Of a DNA stretch of 45,733 nt, positions 17,643-27,814 are shown one piece after another. Position 1 is the stretch's first letter; the number at the start of each line of letters is the position of its first letter. This DNA comes from Thermoplasmatales archaeon ex4484_6. Its GTDB lineage: Archaea > Thermoplasmatota > Penumbrarchaeia > Penumbrarchaeales > Penumbrarchaeaceae. A program made the position numbers and the translations under genes. The stretch covers positions 1-45,733 of the forward strand of contig NJDO01000001.1 of the NCBI GenBank assembly GCA_002254385.1, given 5' to 3'. The notes below the pieces were generated by a model. The model saw nothing but the letters and a program-made list of their open reading frames with translations, was not told the origin of the DNA and searched no databases.

Positions 17643-17832
17643 GGTATCGGGCGAAGAAAGGCCGGGGATTACTTAATCGTTTCCATCCGGGATCTTCCTT
17701 CCCTTCCGGGAAATCCGTATCACTTTCGACGCCACCCATTCACTTTCCGTCCCTGCCCGGTAGCCTTCGGTCCATCACCCGATAAAGTTATTATCGATAC
17801 AGGGTTACACCATTGATTTCGGAAGTGATCCG

Positions 17833-19356
17833 ATGACAGTTATCGTTGATGGTGATGGGCTCACGATAGAGGACATCGTAAGGATAGCCAGGCGCGGTGA
17901 GAAGATGGAGTTCTCACCGGAAGCCCGGGCAAGGATCGAGAGGTGTCAGAAAATGATCACCGAGCTCGTGGCGCGGGGTGAGAAGATATATGGTGTGACG
18001 ACGGGCATAGGTGAGCTGGCATCTGTTTTCCTCACACCGGAACAGGGACTGGAGCTCCAGAAGAAGATAGTATTCTCACATTCGGCCTCCTACGGGGATG
18101 AGCTTCCGGCGGAAGAGATAAGGGCCGCAATGGCCGCGAGGGCGAACACCTGGGCGAAGGGTCATTCGGGGCTGCGTCTTGACACCGCAAGGACCTATGT
18201 CGAGATGGTCAACCGTCGTGTCACCCCCGTCGTCTACGAGAAGGGATCGGTCGGCTGCTCGGGGGATCTGAGCCCCCTTTCACAGATCGCCGAGGTACTG
18301 CTCGGGGAGGGTACGGCAACCTACGAGGGGGAGAAGGTTCCCGGAGAGAAGGCCATGAAGATGGCCGGCCTGGAACCGGTGACCCCGACCTACAAGGAGG
18401 GGTTGGCCCTGATAAACGGGACACAGGTGATGGTGGGCCAGATGGCACTCATCCTCAACGATTCCAGGGACCTCATCAAGAACGCCATCATAGCCTCCGC
18501 CATGAGCCTTGACGCTCTCAATTCGGTGGTCAAGCCGTTCGATGAGAGGGTTCACGCACTGAGACCGCACAGGGGCCAGGTCATCGTCGCTTCCCACCTG
18601 AGAAGGCTTTTCCGGGATTCGGAGATACTGTCCAATCCGTCGGGAAAGGTTCAGGACGGGTATTCCTTGAGATGTACACCCCAGGCCCTTGGTCCGACAA
18701 TAGATCTCTGGCATTATGCCAGGGATACGATAGAACTCGAACTCAACTCGGTGGTGGACAATCCCATATTCTTCCCCGACGAGATGGACCATATCGGGGC
18801 GGGGAACTTCCACGGACAGCCCATAGGAATCGCGGCGGATGTTCTGAAGATAGGGATGGCCGAGGTGTGCGACCTCTCGGAGAGACATATCAACAGACTT
18901 CTCAATCCGGCTCTGTCCGGACTTCCCGCCTTCCTGGTCGAGGGTGCCGGAATGAATTCGGGCCAGATGGTGGCACAGTACACCGCTGCGGTGATGGTGT
19001 CGGAGAACAAGGTCCTCTCCCATCCCGCATCGGTGGATTCCATCTCCGTTTCCGCGGACCAGGAGGACCATGTTTCCATGGGCCCCGTGGCCATCAGACA
19101 TCTGAAGGAGATAAACAGGAACGCCGTCGGAGTGCTGGCCATCGAGATGATGGCGGCGGCACAGGCTATGGACTTCAGGAAACCCCTGAAACCCGGAAAG
19201 GGAACCGGGGCCGCCTACGAGATGATAAGGGAGAGGGTGGACTTCATGGAGGAGGATCGTCCCCTCCATCCGGATATCAGGGCCATTTCCGATCTCATCA
19301 CCTCCGGCAGGCTCCTCGAGGCTGTTGAGAGCGAGGTCGGAGAGCTTACGATCTGA
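17833..19356 (+). CDS. hutH: Histidine ammonia-lyase (MIO enzyme)
   Basis: IYGVTTG, FSH substrate motif, GSVGCSGDL, KEGLALINGT, QDGYSLRC, DNP, GNFHG, HPASVDS, QEDHVSM. Confidence 0.9.
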   Translation: MTVIVDGDGLTIEDIVRIARRGEKMEFSPEARARIERCQKMITELVARGEKIYGVTTGIGELASVFLTPEQGLELQKKIVFSHSASYGDELPAEEIRAAMAARANTWAKGHSGLRLDTARTYVEMVNRRVTPVVYEKGSVGCSGDLSPLSQIAEVLLGEGTATYEGEKVPGEKAMKMAGLEPVTPTYKEGLALINGTQVMVGQMALILNDSRDLIKNAIIASAMSLDALNSVVKPFDERVHALRPHRGQVIVASHLRRLFRDSEILSNPSGKVQDGYSLRCTPQALGPTIDLWHYARDTIELELNSVVDNPIFFPDEMDHIGAGNFHGQPIGIAADVLKIGMAEVCDLSERHINRLLNPALSGLPAFLVEGAGMNSGQMVAQYTAAVMVSENKVLSHPASVDSISVSADQEDHVSMGPVAIRHLKEINRNAVGVLAIEMMAAAQAMDFRKPLKPGKGTGAAYEMIRERVDFMEEDRPLHPDIRAISDLITSGRLLEAVESEVGELTI

Positions 19357-19524
19357 GACCCATTCCCCGCATGGCCCCCCGTCTCTGGCCAATCCAGCAC
19401 CATTTCCCTTCATGGAAAATTAAATATGTTAAAACGATAATACTTCACAGGCTCAACCAAACTACTGCCACCAGTGTGTCAAGTGGTCAGGTTTCCTAAT
19501 AGAGATGTGTGTCAGGTGGGGCAT

Positions 19525-22500
19525 ATGATGATTCGAAAAACGTTCTTGGTAGCTGTGTCAGTCTTGGTCTTAGTGGGTGTTCCTATCTTCAGCCTAACCT
19601 CCGTGGAGGGAGCTGGCGATGGTCAGGATCTTGGTCCCGGAGCAACCACTGTTACAACTGATTACGAGGTTCTATCCGGAGAGACGAAAGAGATCACCGA
19701 TGAGGATTGGGAGCTCAATGCGAACATATATGTACGCAATGGAGGAACGCTCTACATAAACAATACGAAGATAAAATGGGGAGGGACCACAGATGGCGAA
19801 TATGGCCTGTATGTGGACAACGGCGGTGTCCTGTACATCGATCAGAACTGCAATTTCACAGCTCAGGATACCACAACCCATCAATATAGGGAGAAGGTCA
19901 TTGGTACGAACACTTATGTAATGGAATCCTGGGGGGTACACTGGAAATTCTATGTGAGGGGGACCGCCAGGATCAACAATTCGTATTTCGGCTATATGTG
20001 GGGGGAGACTGGTGGCTACATCACGGACCATGAAGGTGGGATCGTATGTGCCAGTGATGACATAATCATCTACAATTGCGTGATCCAATATACCGAGTGC
20101 AACGCCATCGCGATCCTGAATCCTGATCTGGCGGATTATCAGAGCCAGGGTGATGGTTTCTCGCCCAGGATAGATAGGGTTACAATTGACAACACCACCC
20201 GGTACGGCATATTTGTCGGTGGTGACAAGAGTTCTCCCACCATCACCAATTCAACGGTAAGGGGAGCACCTGTTCAGGGCATCACTTACTTTGTGGGGGC
20301 TGACGGGTATTTGAATGACACCACCATTTCCGGTTGCGAGGATGGTCTGGAACTGGATCCAGTAACAGGCAGCGGATATTCCGCCACGCTGCTTGTCAAC
20401 AGATGTCATTTCGATGGAAACAACAATTCTGGATTCATAGCAGGACGCGGGGGAACGGTGAAGTTCCGCAACTCCACGTTCAACAACAACAAGGGGCCAG
20501 GGGTGATAATGCAGGTATCCACCTCCAGCGGAATACAGTCCATAGAGATCTACGATTCCGAGGTGAAGAATAACGCAAAGGAAGGGTTGACAGCATTGGT
20601 TAATACGGTATCAGCAATAATTCAGAACGTCGAGATTGCAGAGAATGGAGGTAACGGGATATGGCTTCCGGCCACTTCCAACTCTGCTCCTTATATTGTA
20701 GATTCAAGTATCCACGATAACGGTAGATACGGTATCTATTCCAACGGTAGCGCGGGATATGTTCAGGGAACGGAGCTTTACAGGAATGATCTGGGGAATA
20801 TATTTGCGGTAAATGGATCCACGATCTCCATTTCGTCAAGTGACATCCATCATGCCGATTACGGAATAAAGGTCCTGGATGCGGCACCGTCTATCTCGGA
20901 TAATGATCTAAGATTGAACGGTGTGGGAGTGAATCTTGATGGATCCGGTGCCCTCTCCTTGGGAGGAAACACCTTCTTCTCCAACGAGATAGGCCTGTTT
21001 TCAAGAGTGGATGACGTCGCTGTCCAGCAAAACAATTTCGACAGTCATTCGTCGAACACTGCGATGATTCTCGATCTCAGGGGAGATAAAACAGCAAATG
21101 TGAGGTTCTGCAACTTCACGAACAACAAGGATGCCGTGAAAATTTACGGAGGCGAAGTTGCAAGGTTCCAGAATATTAGTGTCACCGGATCATCGGGCAG
21201 CGCCCTGTTCGGTCGATACGGGGCGAACTTCACCGTGCGGACCTCCGAATTCTCCGGGAACACCATGGACTTCATCCTGAACGATGCTTCAACGGGAAAG
21301 GCCTTTTCTTGCGGAACACCTTCCTCCAAGGTCACGATACAGGATAGGGATTCCGAATTCTGGCATTACTGGAGGGTTTCCGTGGAGGTCATGAACAACG
21401 TTACCCTTGCCCCGGTGACCGATGCCAACATGGTGATATATTCCGATGAAGGGGAGGCCCTGGCATCGGAAGAAACCTTCTTCGACGGCACCGCAGCGGT
21501 TGATTCCCCGCAGTACATGATCGATGGTTCGGGGATGACCAGCTACATGCCGGTCAATCTTACGGTGGCCAAGGAGAACTACATACCTTTCTGGGAACCC
21601 GACCTTCCGAACACGGAGGACCATCATGAGGTGGTGTACCTGGCTGAGAACAGGGCCCCGTCGCTTCCGTTCCCGCCGGGAAACCAGCCGACAATCACTC
21701 ATCAGAACAGGCCCCTTTTGACATGGCTTCCTCCTTACGACTGGAATCAGGATAAGATAGGATACAAGGTAAACGTGTGGCAGGATGACATGAGCACCGG
21801 ACAGCACGTGGTCGTCGACGCCATTGTCCACAATCCCCAGTACATGTTCAGGAAGAACCTGAGATACAACCACGAATTCTGGGTCGAGGTGGTCGCATTC
21901 GATCCATGGGGCCTCAGCGACACCACGGTGTTCAGCTTCAGGACGGTGAACACTCCCCCAACATCCCCGGTGGCTTCCTTCGTTGAAGCCCCGGTCCCTT
22001 CACTTGTGGACCTTGAGGTTCGGATAGACAATGCTTCGACGGATTCTGACACGAATCCCGTCGATAACATCACATATCTCGTGGAATGGTATGCCTTCAG
22101 GGAGGACACCTGGGTCATTATCATGTCGGGTTCGAACCAGTTCATACTGGACCACAATCTTACTTTCGAGGGCGACAAGATAAGGGCGGTAATCAAGCCG
22201 TTCGACGGTATCGAATACGGTGTTCCGGTGACCCTCGAGACCCAGGTTGTGAACTTCGTCCCGCATGCTCTTGTGGATTATGTCGAGATAGAACTTAACG
22301 AGGATGAACCTGCAACCGGTCTCATCAATCTGTCGGCACTGTTCACGGACAGGGACGGTGACGATCTCTCTTTCAACGTTAAGATACAGAGAAACGTCGG
22401 CGCGGAGATCGACAAGGTGACGAACGCGATCACCTTCATACCGGATCCGAACTGGATGGGCAAGGATTACCTGATCATCGAAGCGCTTGACTCCAAGCCC

Positions 22501-23826
22501 CACGCCGAGGACAATCCCACAATTCAGGTAAATATAACCGTGAAAGGTGTGAACGATGCTCCTGTCATCACCGAGGTAAACGACAAGGTGGTGGAAAAGG
22601 GTTCCATATCCCTTGTTCAGGACATCCAGGGCGCGACCGCCGTCATCACGGTGAAGGGTTACGACCCCGATGAGCTTTACGGTGATTCCTACGAGTTCTC
22701 AACGAACTTCCTGGATGTCATCGGTGAAGGGATCCTGGATGAGGACGACTTCATGTTCGAGAGGACCACCGGCAGAATGTCCGTCTTCCTGAAGAACGCC
22801 ATTGTGGGAGAACATATCTTCAACATCACCGTCACGGATGAAGCCGGGCTTTCCTCATCGACACCCATAAAACTTCTCGTCGAGAACAGGAACGACGCTC
22901 CGACCGTTCCGGAGATAATCTCCCACACGAACGGAGAGGTTGTCAAGCTTCCGCCCGGCGAGAACAAGATAACTTTCTCGGCTTCGCCGGCAGACGATCC
23001 GGACCTTCACATACCCGACTCGGAAGAACATCTCGAATATGATTGGAACTTCGGAGAGGGATGGATCGAGAACATAGGGTTCGAGAACGTCGAGGCCGAG
23101 TTCCCCGTATCGGGTGAATACGAGATACGGGTGAGGGTGAGGGATTCGATGGGTCTCTACGAGGAATCCTCCATAAAGATCATGGTGAACGTTACCGCGG
23201 AGTCGATCCAGTTTGCGGAACAGACAGAGAAGACCTTCTTCGAGGAGTGGGGTCTGATATTGATACTTGCCATCATAGCGGTTATCGTCATCGCAGTGAT
23301 ACTCTTCCTGGTGTTCAGAAAGGATGAGCTCTCCGACACTGCCAAGGAGGTGGAACAGGAACACGAGGCTCTGGTTGCCAAGCAGCAGGAGGAGGCATTG
23401 ATGGCCCAGGAAAAGCTCCAGGCATTGATGTCCGGGACACCCTATCCGGAGACCACGGGACCGGCCCTGCCTTCCGCAGGGGAGGGGGTGCCATCATACG
23501 AGGCCCTGCCCTCAGCGGAAACGGAGGGAGCTCCTCCGCAGGAAGGTGCGGTGGAGGGATATCAGGAACAGCCTCCCGTGCCTGGATATGAGCAGCAGCC
23601 CCCCGCCGAGCCGGGCTATGAACAGCCACCTGCACCTGCCTATCAGCCTCCGGCAATGGAAGAGCAGCCCATGCAGGCTCCACCCACGGAGATGCCGCCC
23701 GGCACCCCGGAGGAGCAGCCTCCGGCAGCTCCCGAACCGGCGGTACCCGGAGCGGTTCCCCCGACACAGCCTCAGGAAGGCCAGGACCCGACATACCTGC
23801 CTCCGCCCGAAGAGCAGCAGCAGTAA
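19525..23826 (+). CDS. Large cell-surface protein: beta-helix + Ig/cadherin-like + PKD, single TM, long Pro/Glu/Gln-rich cytoplasmic tail
   Basis: Signal peptide from MMIRKTFL (19525); beta-helix repeats; D.DGD.L.F and VNDAP motifs; YDWNFG (PKD); TM WGLILILAII..; PEQ-rich tail. Confidence 0.85.
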   Translation: MMIRKTFLVAVSVLVLVGVPIFSLTSVEGAGDGQDLGPGATTVTTDYEVLSGETKEITDEDWELNANIYVRNGGTLYINNTKIKWGGTTDGEYGLYVDNGGVLYIDQNCNFTAQDTTTHQYREKVIGTNTYVMESWGVHWKFYVRGTARINNSYFGYMWGETGGYITDHEGGIVCASDDIIIYNCVIQYTECNAIAILNPDLADYQSQGDGFSPRIDRVTIDNTTRYGIFVGGDKSSPTITNSTVRGAPVQGITYFVGADGYLNDTTISGCEDGLELDPVTGSGYSATLLVNRCHFDGNNNSGFIAGRGGTVKFRNSTFNNNKGPGVIMQVSTSSGIQSIEIYDSEVKNNAKEGLTALVNTVSAIIQNVEIAENGGNGIWLPATSNSAPYIVDSSIHDNGRYGIYSNGSAGYVQGTELYRNDLGNIFAVNGSTISISSSDIHHADYGIKVLDAAPSISDNDLRLNGVGVNLDGSGALSLGGNTFFSNEIGLFSRVDDVAVQQNNFDSHSSNTAMILDLRGDKTANVRFCNFTNNKDAVKIYGGEVARFQNISVTGSSGSALFGRYGANFTVRTSEFSGNTMDFILNDASTGKAFSCGTPSSKVTIQDRDSEFWHYWRVSVEVMNNVTLAPVTDANMVIYSDEGEALASEETFFDGTAAVDSPQYMIDGSGMTSYMPVNLTVAKENYIPFWEPDLPNTEDHHEVVYLAENRAPSLPFPPGNQPTITHQNRPLLTWLPPYDWNQDKIGYKVNVWQDDMSTGQHVVVDAIVHNPQYMFRKNLRYNHEFWVEVVAFDPWGLSDTTVFSFRTVNTPPTSPVASFVEAPVPSLVDLEVRIDNASTDSDTNPVDNITYLVEWYAFREDTWVIIMSGSNQFILDHNLTFEGDKIRAVIKPFDGIEYGVPVTLETQVVNFVPHALVDYVEIELNEDEPATGLINLSALFTDRDGDDLSFNVKIQRNVGAEIDKVTNAITFIPDPNWMGKDYLIIEALDSKPHAEDNPTIQVNITVKGVNDAPVITEVNDKVVEKGSISLVQDIQGATAVITVKGYDPDELYGDSYEFSTNFLDVIGEGILDEDDFMFERTTGRMSVFLKNAIVGEHIFNITVTDEAGLSSSTPIKLLVENRNDAPTVPEIISHTNGEVVKLPPGENKITFSASPADDPDLHIPDSEEHLEYDWNFGEGWIENIGFENVEAEFPVSGEYEIRVRVRDSMGLYEESSIKIMVNVTAESIQFAEQTEKTFFEEWGLILILAIIAVIVIAVILFLVFRKDELSDTAKEVEQEHEALVAKQQEEALMAQEKLQALMSGTPYPETTGPALPSAGEGVPSYEALPSAETEGAPPQEGAVEGYQEQPPVPGYEQQPPAEPGYEQPPAPAYQPPAMEEQPMQAPPTEMPPGTPEEQPPAAPEPAVPGAVPPTQPQEGQDPTYLPPPEEQQQ

Positions 23827-23846
23827 AGAGTATGAAACGGTAAGGA

Positions 23847-23872
23847 AGTGGGGGCCATGCCCCCACTCTTTT
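23847..23872 (+). terminator. GC-rich hairpin + T tract after the surface-protein gene
   Basis: AGTGGGGGC-CAT-GCCCCCACT (9-bp stem) followed by CTTTT, between convergent genes. Confidence 0.65.
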
Positions 23873-23923
23873 CAACCTGATCCATAGATATAACTCGGGC
23901 CGAAAACGGTCTAATCGAACCTT

Positions 23924-24745
23924 TCATGCGCTCAATTTGATGCAGTCCCCCGACGAGATCCTTTCGAGTCCGCTGTCGGTCCTGACGACAAGTGCACCCG
24001 TCTGGTCGAGTCCAAGGGCCCTCCCGAAAACATCCCCCCCGCTGGTCAGGACCCTTACCTCCTCACCGATGGTATCGGATCTGCTGCTCCACTGGTCCAG
24101 AAGGTCCTCTTTCTGTCCGTCGATGAACTGGGAGTAAACGAGATCCAGGAAATAGAGCAGGTCTCTTGCGAACTGGTTCGGGTCTATATCCGTTCCGGAG
24201 ACATCCCTGAGGGATGTGGAGCTCTGCCTGATATCTTCGGGGAGATCATCCAGCGATGTATTGACGTTGATGCCTATTCCGACAATGACATGTTCCACGT
24301 TTCTTCCCTTGACGGACGATCTCGTCATGATGCCCGAAACCTTCTTTCCATCGATGAGCACATCATTCGGCCATTTCAGTCTTGCCTCGGTGAATGTCGT
24401 GCACTGTATGGCCTTGGATACTGCGAGCCCCATCACCAGGGGGAGCACGGAAATCTCGTCGGGTCCCAGGCTGGGTCTGAGCACGATGGAGAGATAGATC
24501 CCACCCCTGGGGGAGTGGAACCTTCTTTCATTCCTCCCCTTTCCCTCGCTCTGGGAGTTTGCAATGATGACGGTTCCTTCCCGGGCCCCTCCTTCCGCCA
24601 TCTCCCGGGCCAGTTCGTTGGTGGATGTCACGACGTCGTGAAAGTGGATGATGCGGCCTATGGTCCGGGTTGTGAGACCCTTCACACATGCATCCTTCTC
24701 AATATCTATCGAGGTCAATCCAACCACGACCGTGTCGTCACTCAA
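23924..24745 (-). CDS. birA: Biotin-protein ligase (monofunctional, no HTH)
   Basis: STN, Q..GKGR..R, LKWPND, KVSGI, GIGINVN, C-terminal G.D..GALVV; TTG start overlaps the CBS gene stop. Confidence 0.92.
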   Translation of the reverse strand: MSDDTVVVGLTSIDIEKDACVKGLTTRTIGRIIHFHDVVTSTNELAREMAEGGAREGTVIIANSQSEGKGRNERRFHSPRGGIYLSIVLRPSLGPDEISVLPLVMGLAVSKAIQCTTFTEARLKWPNDVLIDGKKVSGIMTRSSVKGRNVEHVIVGIGINVNTSLDDLPEDIRQSSTSLRDVSGTDIDPNQFARDLLYFLDLVYSQFIDGQKEDLLDQWSSRSDTIGEEVRVLTSGGDVFGRALGLDQTGALVVRTDSGLERISSGDCIKLSA

Positions 24746-25581
24746 TCGAAGAGTGTTCTCAGCAGGTCCATATCATATATCATCGCATGGATGTGGTCAT
24801 CCTTGTCAACGACGGGCATCTGGTCGTAATCCTTCCTTCTCATCGTCCTGGCGGCCTCCCATACGGGGGCCCTTCTGTAGATTGTGGACAGATCCCTTGA
24901 CATGAACTTCTCTATTGGATCCCTGGGAAGGTCGATCTTTGCCTCCTGGTAGTAGAGGTTCATCACGTTCCTCAGCCCCTCCCAGGTCCAGGAATCCTCA
25001 TCCTCCGATATCCCGAGTGTGGTGAGAGTGACGTTCTCCCCGAGGTATTTGAAGTCGAAAAGGTCCCGGTCGGTCACCAGTCCGCAGAGTTCGGCATCAT
25101 CGTCCAGAACCGGCATGGCGTAGACCTTTGACAGATTGATCATGGTGGCTGCAACGTTTGCGGGAGTGCACTTGTGGATGCATACGGTGTGGGAGCGGAT
25201 GAGATCCTCCACCGGAAGGTCTATCTTCCTCTTCTCCACGACCTTCAGCATATCGGAGGGTGTGATGAGGCCGACGATCTCTCCCTTTCTGACAACGGGC
25301 AGCCTCCGGATGTTTTCCTCGAACATCAACCTTGCCGCCTTCTCCAAGGTCGTGTTGGGAGATGCCGTCGGGACATCCCATTCCATGAGAACCGCCACCT
25401 GTTCCTCCTCCGGGTTATCGAAGATATCCTTTCTGGTGATCATCCCCAGAACCTTGTTGTTCTCGTCGACAACGGGTAGACCTGTCCTCTTGTTCTTTAC
25501 AAGCAGGGAGAGTACCTCATCCCTTGTTGTGGGCAGTCTTGCAACTATGGGTTCCGGGACCATTACTTCCGAGATGTTCAT
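24742..25581 (-). CDS. Tandem CBS-domain protein (4 CBS repeats)
   Basis: GLPVVD..LGMITRKD, RRLPVV..GLITPSD, MPVLD..GLVTDRD, QMPVVD; GGAGGT RBS before ATG 25581. Confidence 0.9.
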   Translation of the reverse strand: MNISEVMVPEPIVARLPTTRDEVLSLLVKNKRTGLPVVDENNKVLGMITRKDIFDNPEEEQVAVLMEWDVPTASPNTTLEKAARLMFEENIRRLPVVRKGEIVGLITPSDMLKVVEKRKIDLPVEDLIRSHTVCIHKCTPANVAATMINLSKVYAMPVLDDDAELCGLVTDRDLFDFKYLGENVTLTTLGISEDEDSWTWEGLRNVMNLYYQEAKIDLPRDPIEKFMSRDLSTIYRRAPVWEAARTMRRKDYDQMPVVDKDDHIHAMIYDMDLLRTLFD

Positions 25582-25622
25582 GGGTTCGTACCTCCGGTTC
25601 ACTAGCCATCTTGGAATTGGTA

Positions 25623-26756
25623 TTAAAGGCTTTTGAGACGTCTGCGGGGAGGGGTTTTCGACCACGGTCCGGTCCACAGAACATCCTCGCTCCCCGCGAA
25701 CCTCACGATGTGGGATACGGGATCGGCGGTCATCTCGCCGACCCCGGTATCGATGATGAGAAGATGTGCCTCATCTCCCACACGGGGCCATCCGCTCCCC
25801 CACATCCTGCCCCCTCCAGGGAGCTTGTTCAGGAGGGATGATCCGGCAAGTGAGGCTCCCGCAGCCATCATGAAAACCCTGTAAGCCGCCTCGCTGCCCT
25901 CCATGCCGGCGGTTCTGAGCAGCATCCACGCCTCCTCCATCTCCCTGAACATGTCCTGTCTGACCGAGAGGGCATTGTCCGTTCCCAGACCGATCATCAG
26001 CCCCTCGTCCATCATCCGTGGGAGGGGCACACCGAGGGAGAAGGTCCGATTTGCCCGGGGGCATACCGCCACCGGAATATTCCTTTCGGCAAGCGCCCTC
26101 CAATCGTCCCGGGTTCCGGAAACCATATGCACCACGAGGTCCGGGTCAAGTTCGAGAAGCCTGTCCATATCTTCCCTGAAAAGTTCGGAGGCATGCAGGG
26201 CAAATACCTTCCCTTCATTCCTGCAGAGCTCCCTCAATTCCGGGGTACAGCTCTCCAGAGAGGGCATTCCAAGACCGTCGGAGGTATCTATCAGCGTTTC
26301 CGGGTCATCTCCCTTTTCCGGCCTTCCGAGGGGATGTATCCTGGGTCCCGTATCTTCTGATGCTGCCCTCAGGACCTTCACACCCTCGATCCCCCCCTCC
26401 CTGAAATCAAGGACCCGGGTGGTGCCCGTCGACAGCTCCCTTATGGAGGCTCTGATGGAGGAGAGGAGGGAAGCTCCGGACGCGTTCTCCAGAAAGCGGT
26501 GTTTGAGCCCCCCGGGAAGTACGGTATCCTCCAGGGAGGGCGGGAGATGACCTCTTGCGCCATGATCTCCCAGATGCGCATGCATGTCGAAAAGACCGGG
26601 GTAGATCGATCCCCTCACGACCTCACCGTCTCCATCCCTGACGGTCTCTCCAATGTCAACGTACTCTATCCTGCCATCCACGACACCGATGGTGCATCTC
26701 TCGTGACCGTCGGGCAGGATGAGGTCTCCGGTGAGGATGGTTCTCCCCATGTCCAT
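25623..26756 (-). CDS. Metal-dependent amidohydrolase (deaminase-like)
   Basis: PGLFDMHAHLGD (HxH), LHASE, VVHMV, CPRAN, GLGTDN; start MDMGRTIL (26756 or 26750). Confidence 0.88.
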   Translation of the reverse strand: MDMGRTILTGDLILPDGHERCTIGVVDGRIEYVDIGETVRDGDGEVVRGSIYPGLFDMHAHLGDHGARGHLPPSLEDTVLPGGLKHRFLENASGASLLSSIRASIRELSTGTTRVLDFREGGIEGVKVLRAASEDTGPRIHPLGRPEKGDDPETLIDTSDGLGMPSLESCTPELRELCRNEGKVFALHASELFREDMDRLLELDPDLVVHMVSGTRDDWRALAERNIPVAVCPRANRTFSLGVPLPRMMDEGLMIGLGTDNALSVRQDMFREMEEAWMLLRTAGMEGSEAAYRVFMMAAGASLAGSSLLNKLPGGGRMWGSGWPRVGDEAHLLIIDTGVGEMTADPVSHIVRFAGSEDVLWTGPWSKTPPRRRLKSL

Positions 26757-26844
26757 GAATCCCGCATGGCCTTGATTATATTTGTGTGTGAGGATGGGGG
26801 AACAATCAATATCGTTATTTGCCAACAATGCAATCGGGACATGG

Positions 26845-27759
26845 ATGAGGATCCTCCATGTGAACAACCAGGCATCCGTCGGTTACCTCCTGTCGAGGGC
26901 TCAGAGGGAGCTTGGTCACGTATCGGACCTTCTTGCACAGCCCAATCCATATCAGAGAGCTCCGGACCATACAGCGGAGGGTGTCAAGGGGATATTTCTC
27001 AAGCTCATGGCCCTGGCACCGGGGTATGATCTGATCCACGTTCACGGAGGGATAGGTATTTCGGGAGTCGGTATGGCCCCCCTCAAGGTGTTGAGAAAGA
27101 GGTTCTTCGCCCATTATCACGGTTCCGAGCTGAGGTCCGATATCCAGACCTCGTTCCACATGCTTGCCGAGAGGATCTTCGTGTCGACACCGGACCTGCT
27201 CGCTTTCTCCGGCCATGTTGGCGGCAGGGAGCTCATACACATACCGAATCCGGTATTCGTCGAGGGAGTGGAACCCGTGGACTGGGAGGCAAGGATGGCC
27301 GGATTGGAGGGGGGAGCTCCTCTCAGGATAGTCCATCTCCCCTCGGTAAGGGAAGTGAAGGGGACGGACTTCGTGCTGAAGGCCGTGGAGGAGGCAAGGG
27401 AAAGGGGTGCCAGGGTCGAACTTGACATAGTGGAGAACGTCCCCGTCGCCGATGCCATGAAGAGGCTCGAGGCCTCGGATCTCTGCATAGACTGGATGTC
27501 CCCGGATTACAGGATCCACGGAGTGGTTTCCATAGAGGCAATGCTCAGGGCCATTCCGGTGATCTGCAACATAGACCGTACCCTTTATCCGGAAGAGATA
27601 CCGATAATATCCGCCCCGCCCGGCGGACTGGCGGAGAAACTGCTCGAGATCGACAGGATGAGGGAGGAGCTTCCGCGCAGGGGGAAGCTTTCAAGGGAGT
27701 ATGCCATCAGGATGCATCATCCGATGAAGGCTGCAAGGATGATAGAGGAATATCTATGA
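26845..27759 (+). CDS. GT-B (GT4-like) glycosyltransferase
   Basis: MRILHV start, YDLIHVH, HYHGSELR, KGT, SIEAMLRAIPVI. Confidence 0.8.
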   Translation: MRILHVNNQASVGYLLSRAQRELGHVSDLLAQPNPYQRAPDHTAEGVKGIFLKLMALAPGYDLIHVHGGIGISGVGMAPLKVLRKRFFAHYHGSELRSDIQTSFHMLAERIFVSTPDLLAFSGHVGGRELIHIPNPVFVEGVEPVDWEARMAGLEGGAPLRIVHLPSVREVKGTDFVLKAVEEARERGARVELDIVENVPVADAMKRLEASDLCIDWMSPDYRIHGVVSIEAMLRAIPVICNIDRTLYPEEIPIISAPPGGLAEKLLEIDRMREELPRRGKLSREYAIRMHHPMKAARMIEEYL

Positions 27760-27814
27760 GGAGCCAAGGAACGGGGAACGGGCTGCTAGGGATGATCGGA
27801 AGGAGGATGATACG

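Noticed and set aside
17536..17739. 67-aa ORF overlapping the 65-aa membrane protein near a C7 run (possible frameshifted gene)
   Set aside because: The 65-aa ORF has its own TATA-like box and reads through the run intact; the 67-aa product has no recognisable features
23924..26756. Amidohydrolase-CBS-birA run as a novel pathway
   Set aside because: Each gene is a common archaeal family and nothing in the sequence shows a functional link beyond co-orientation
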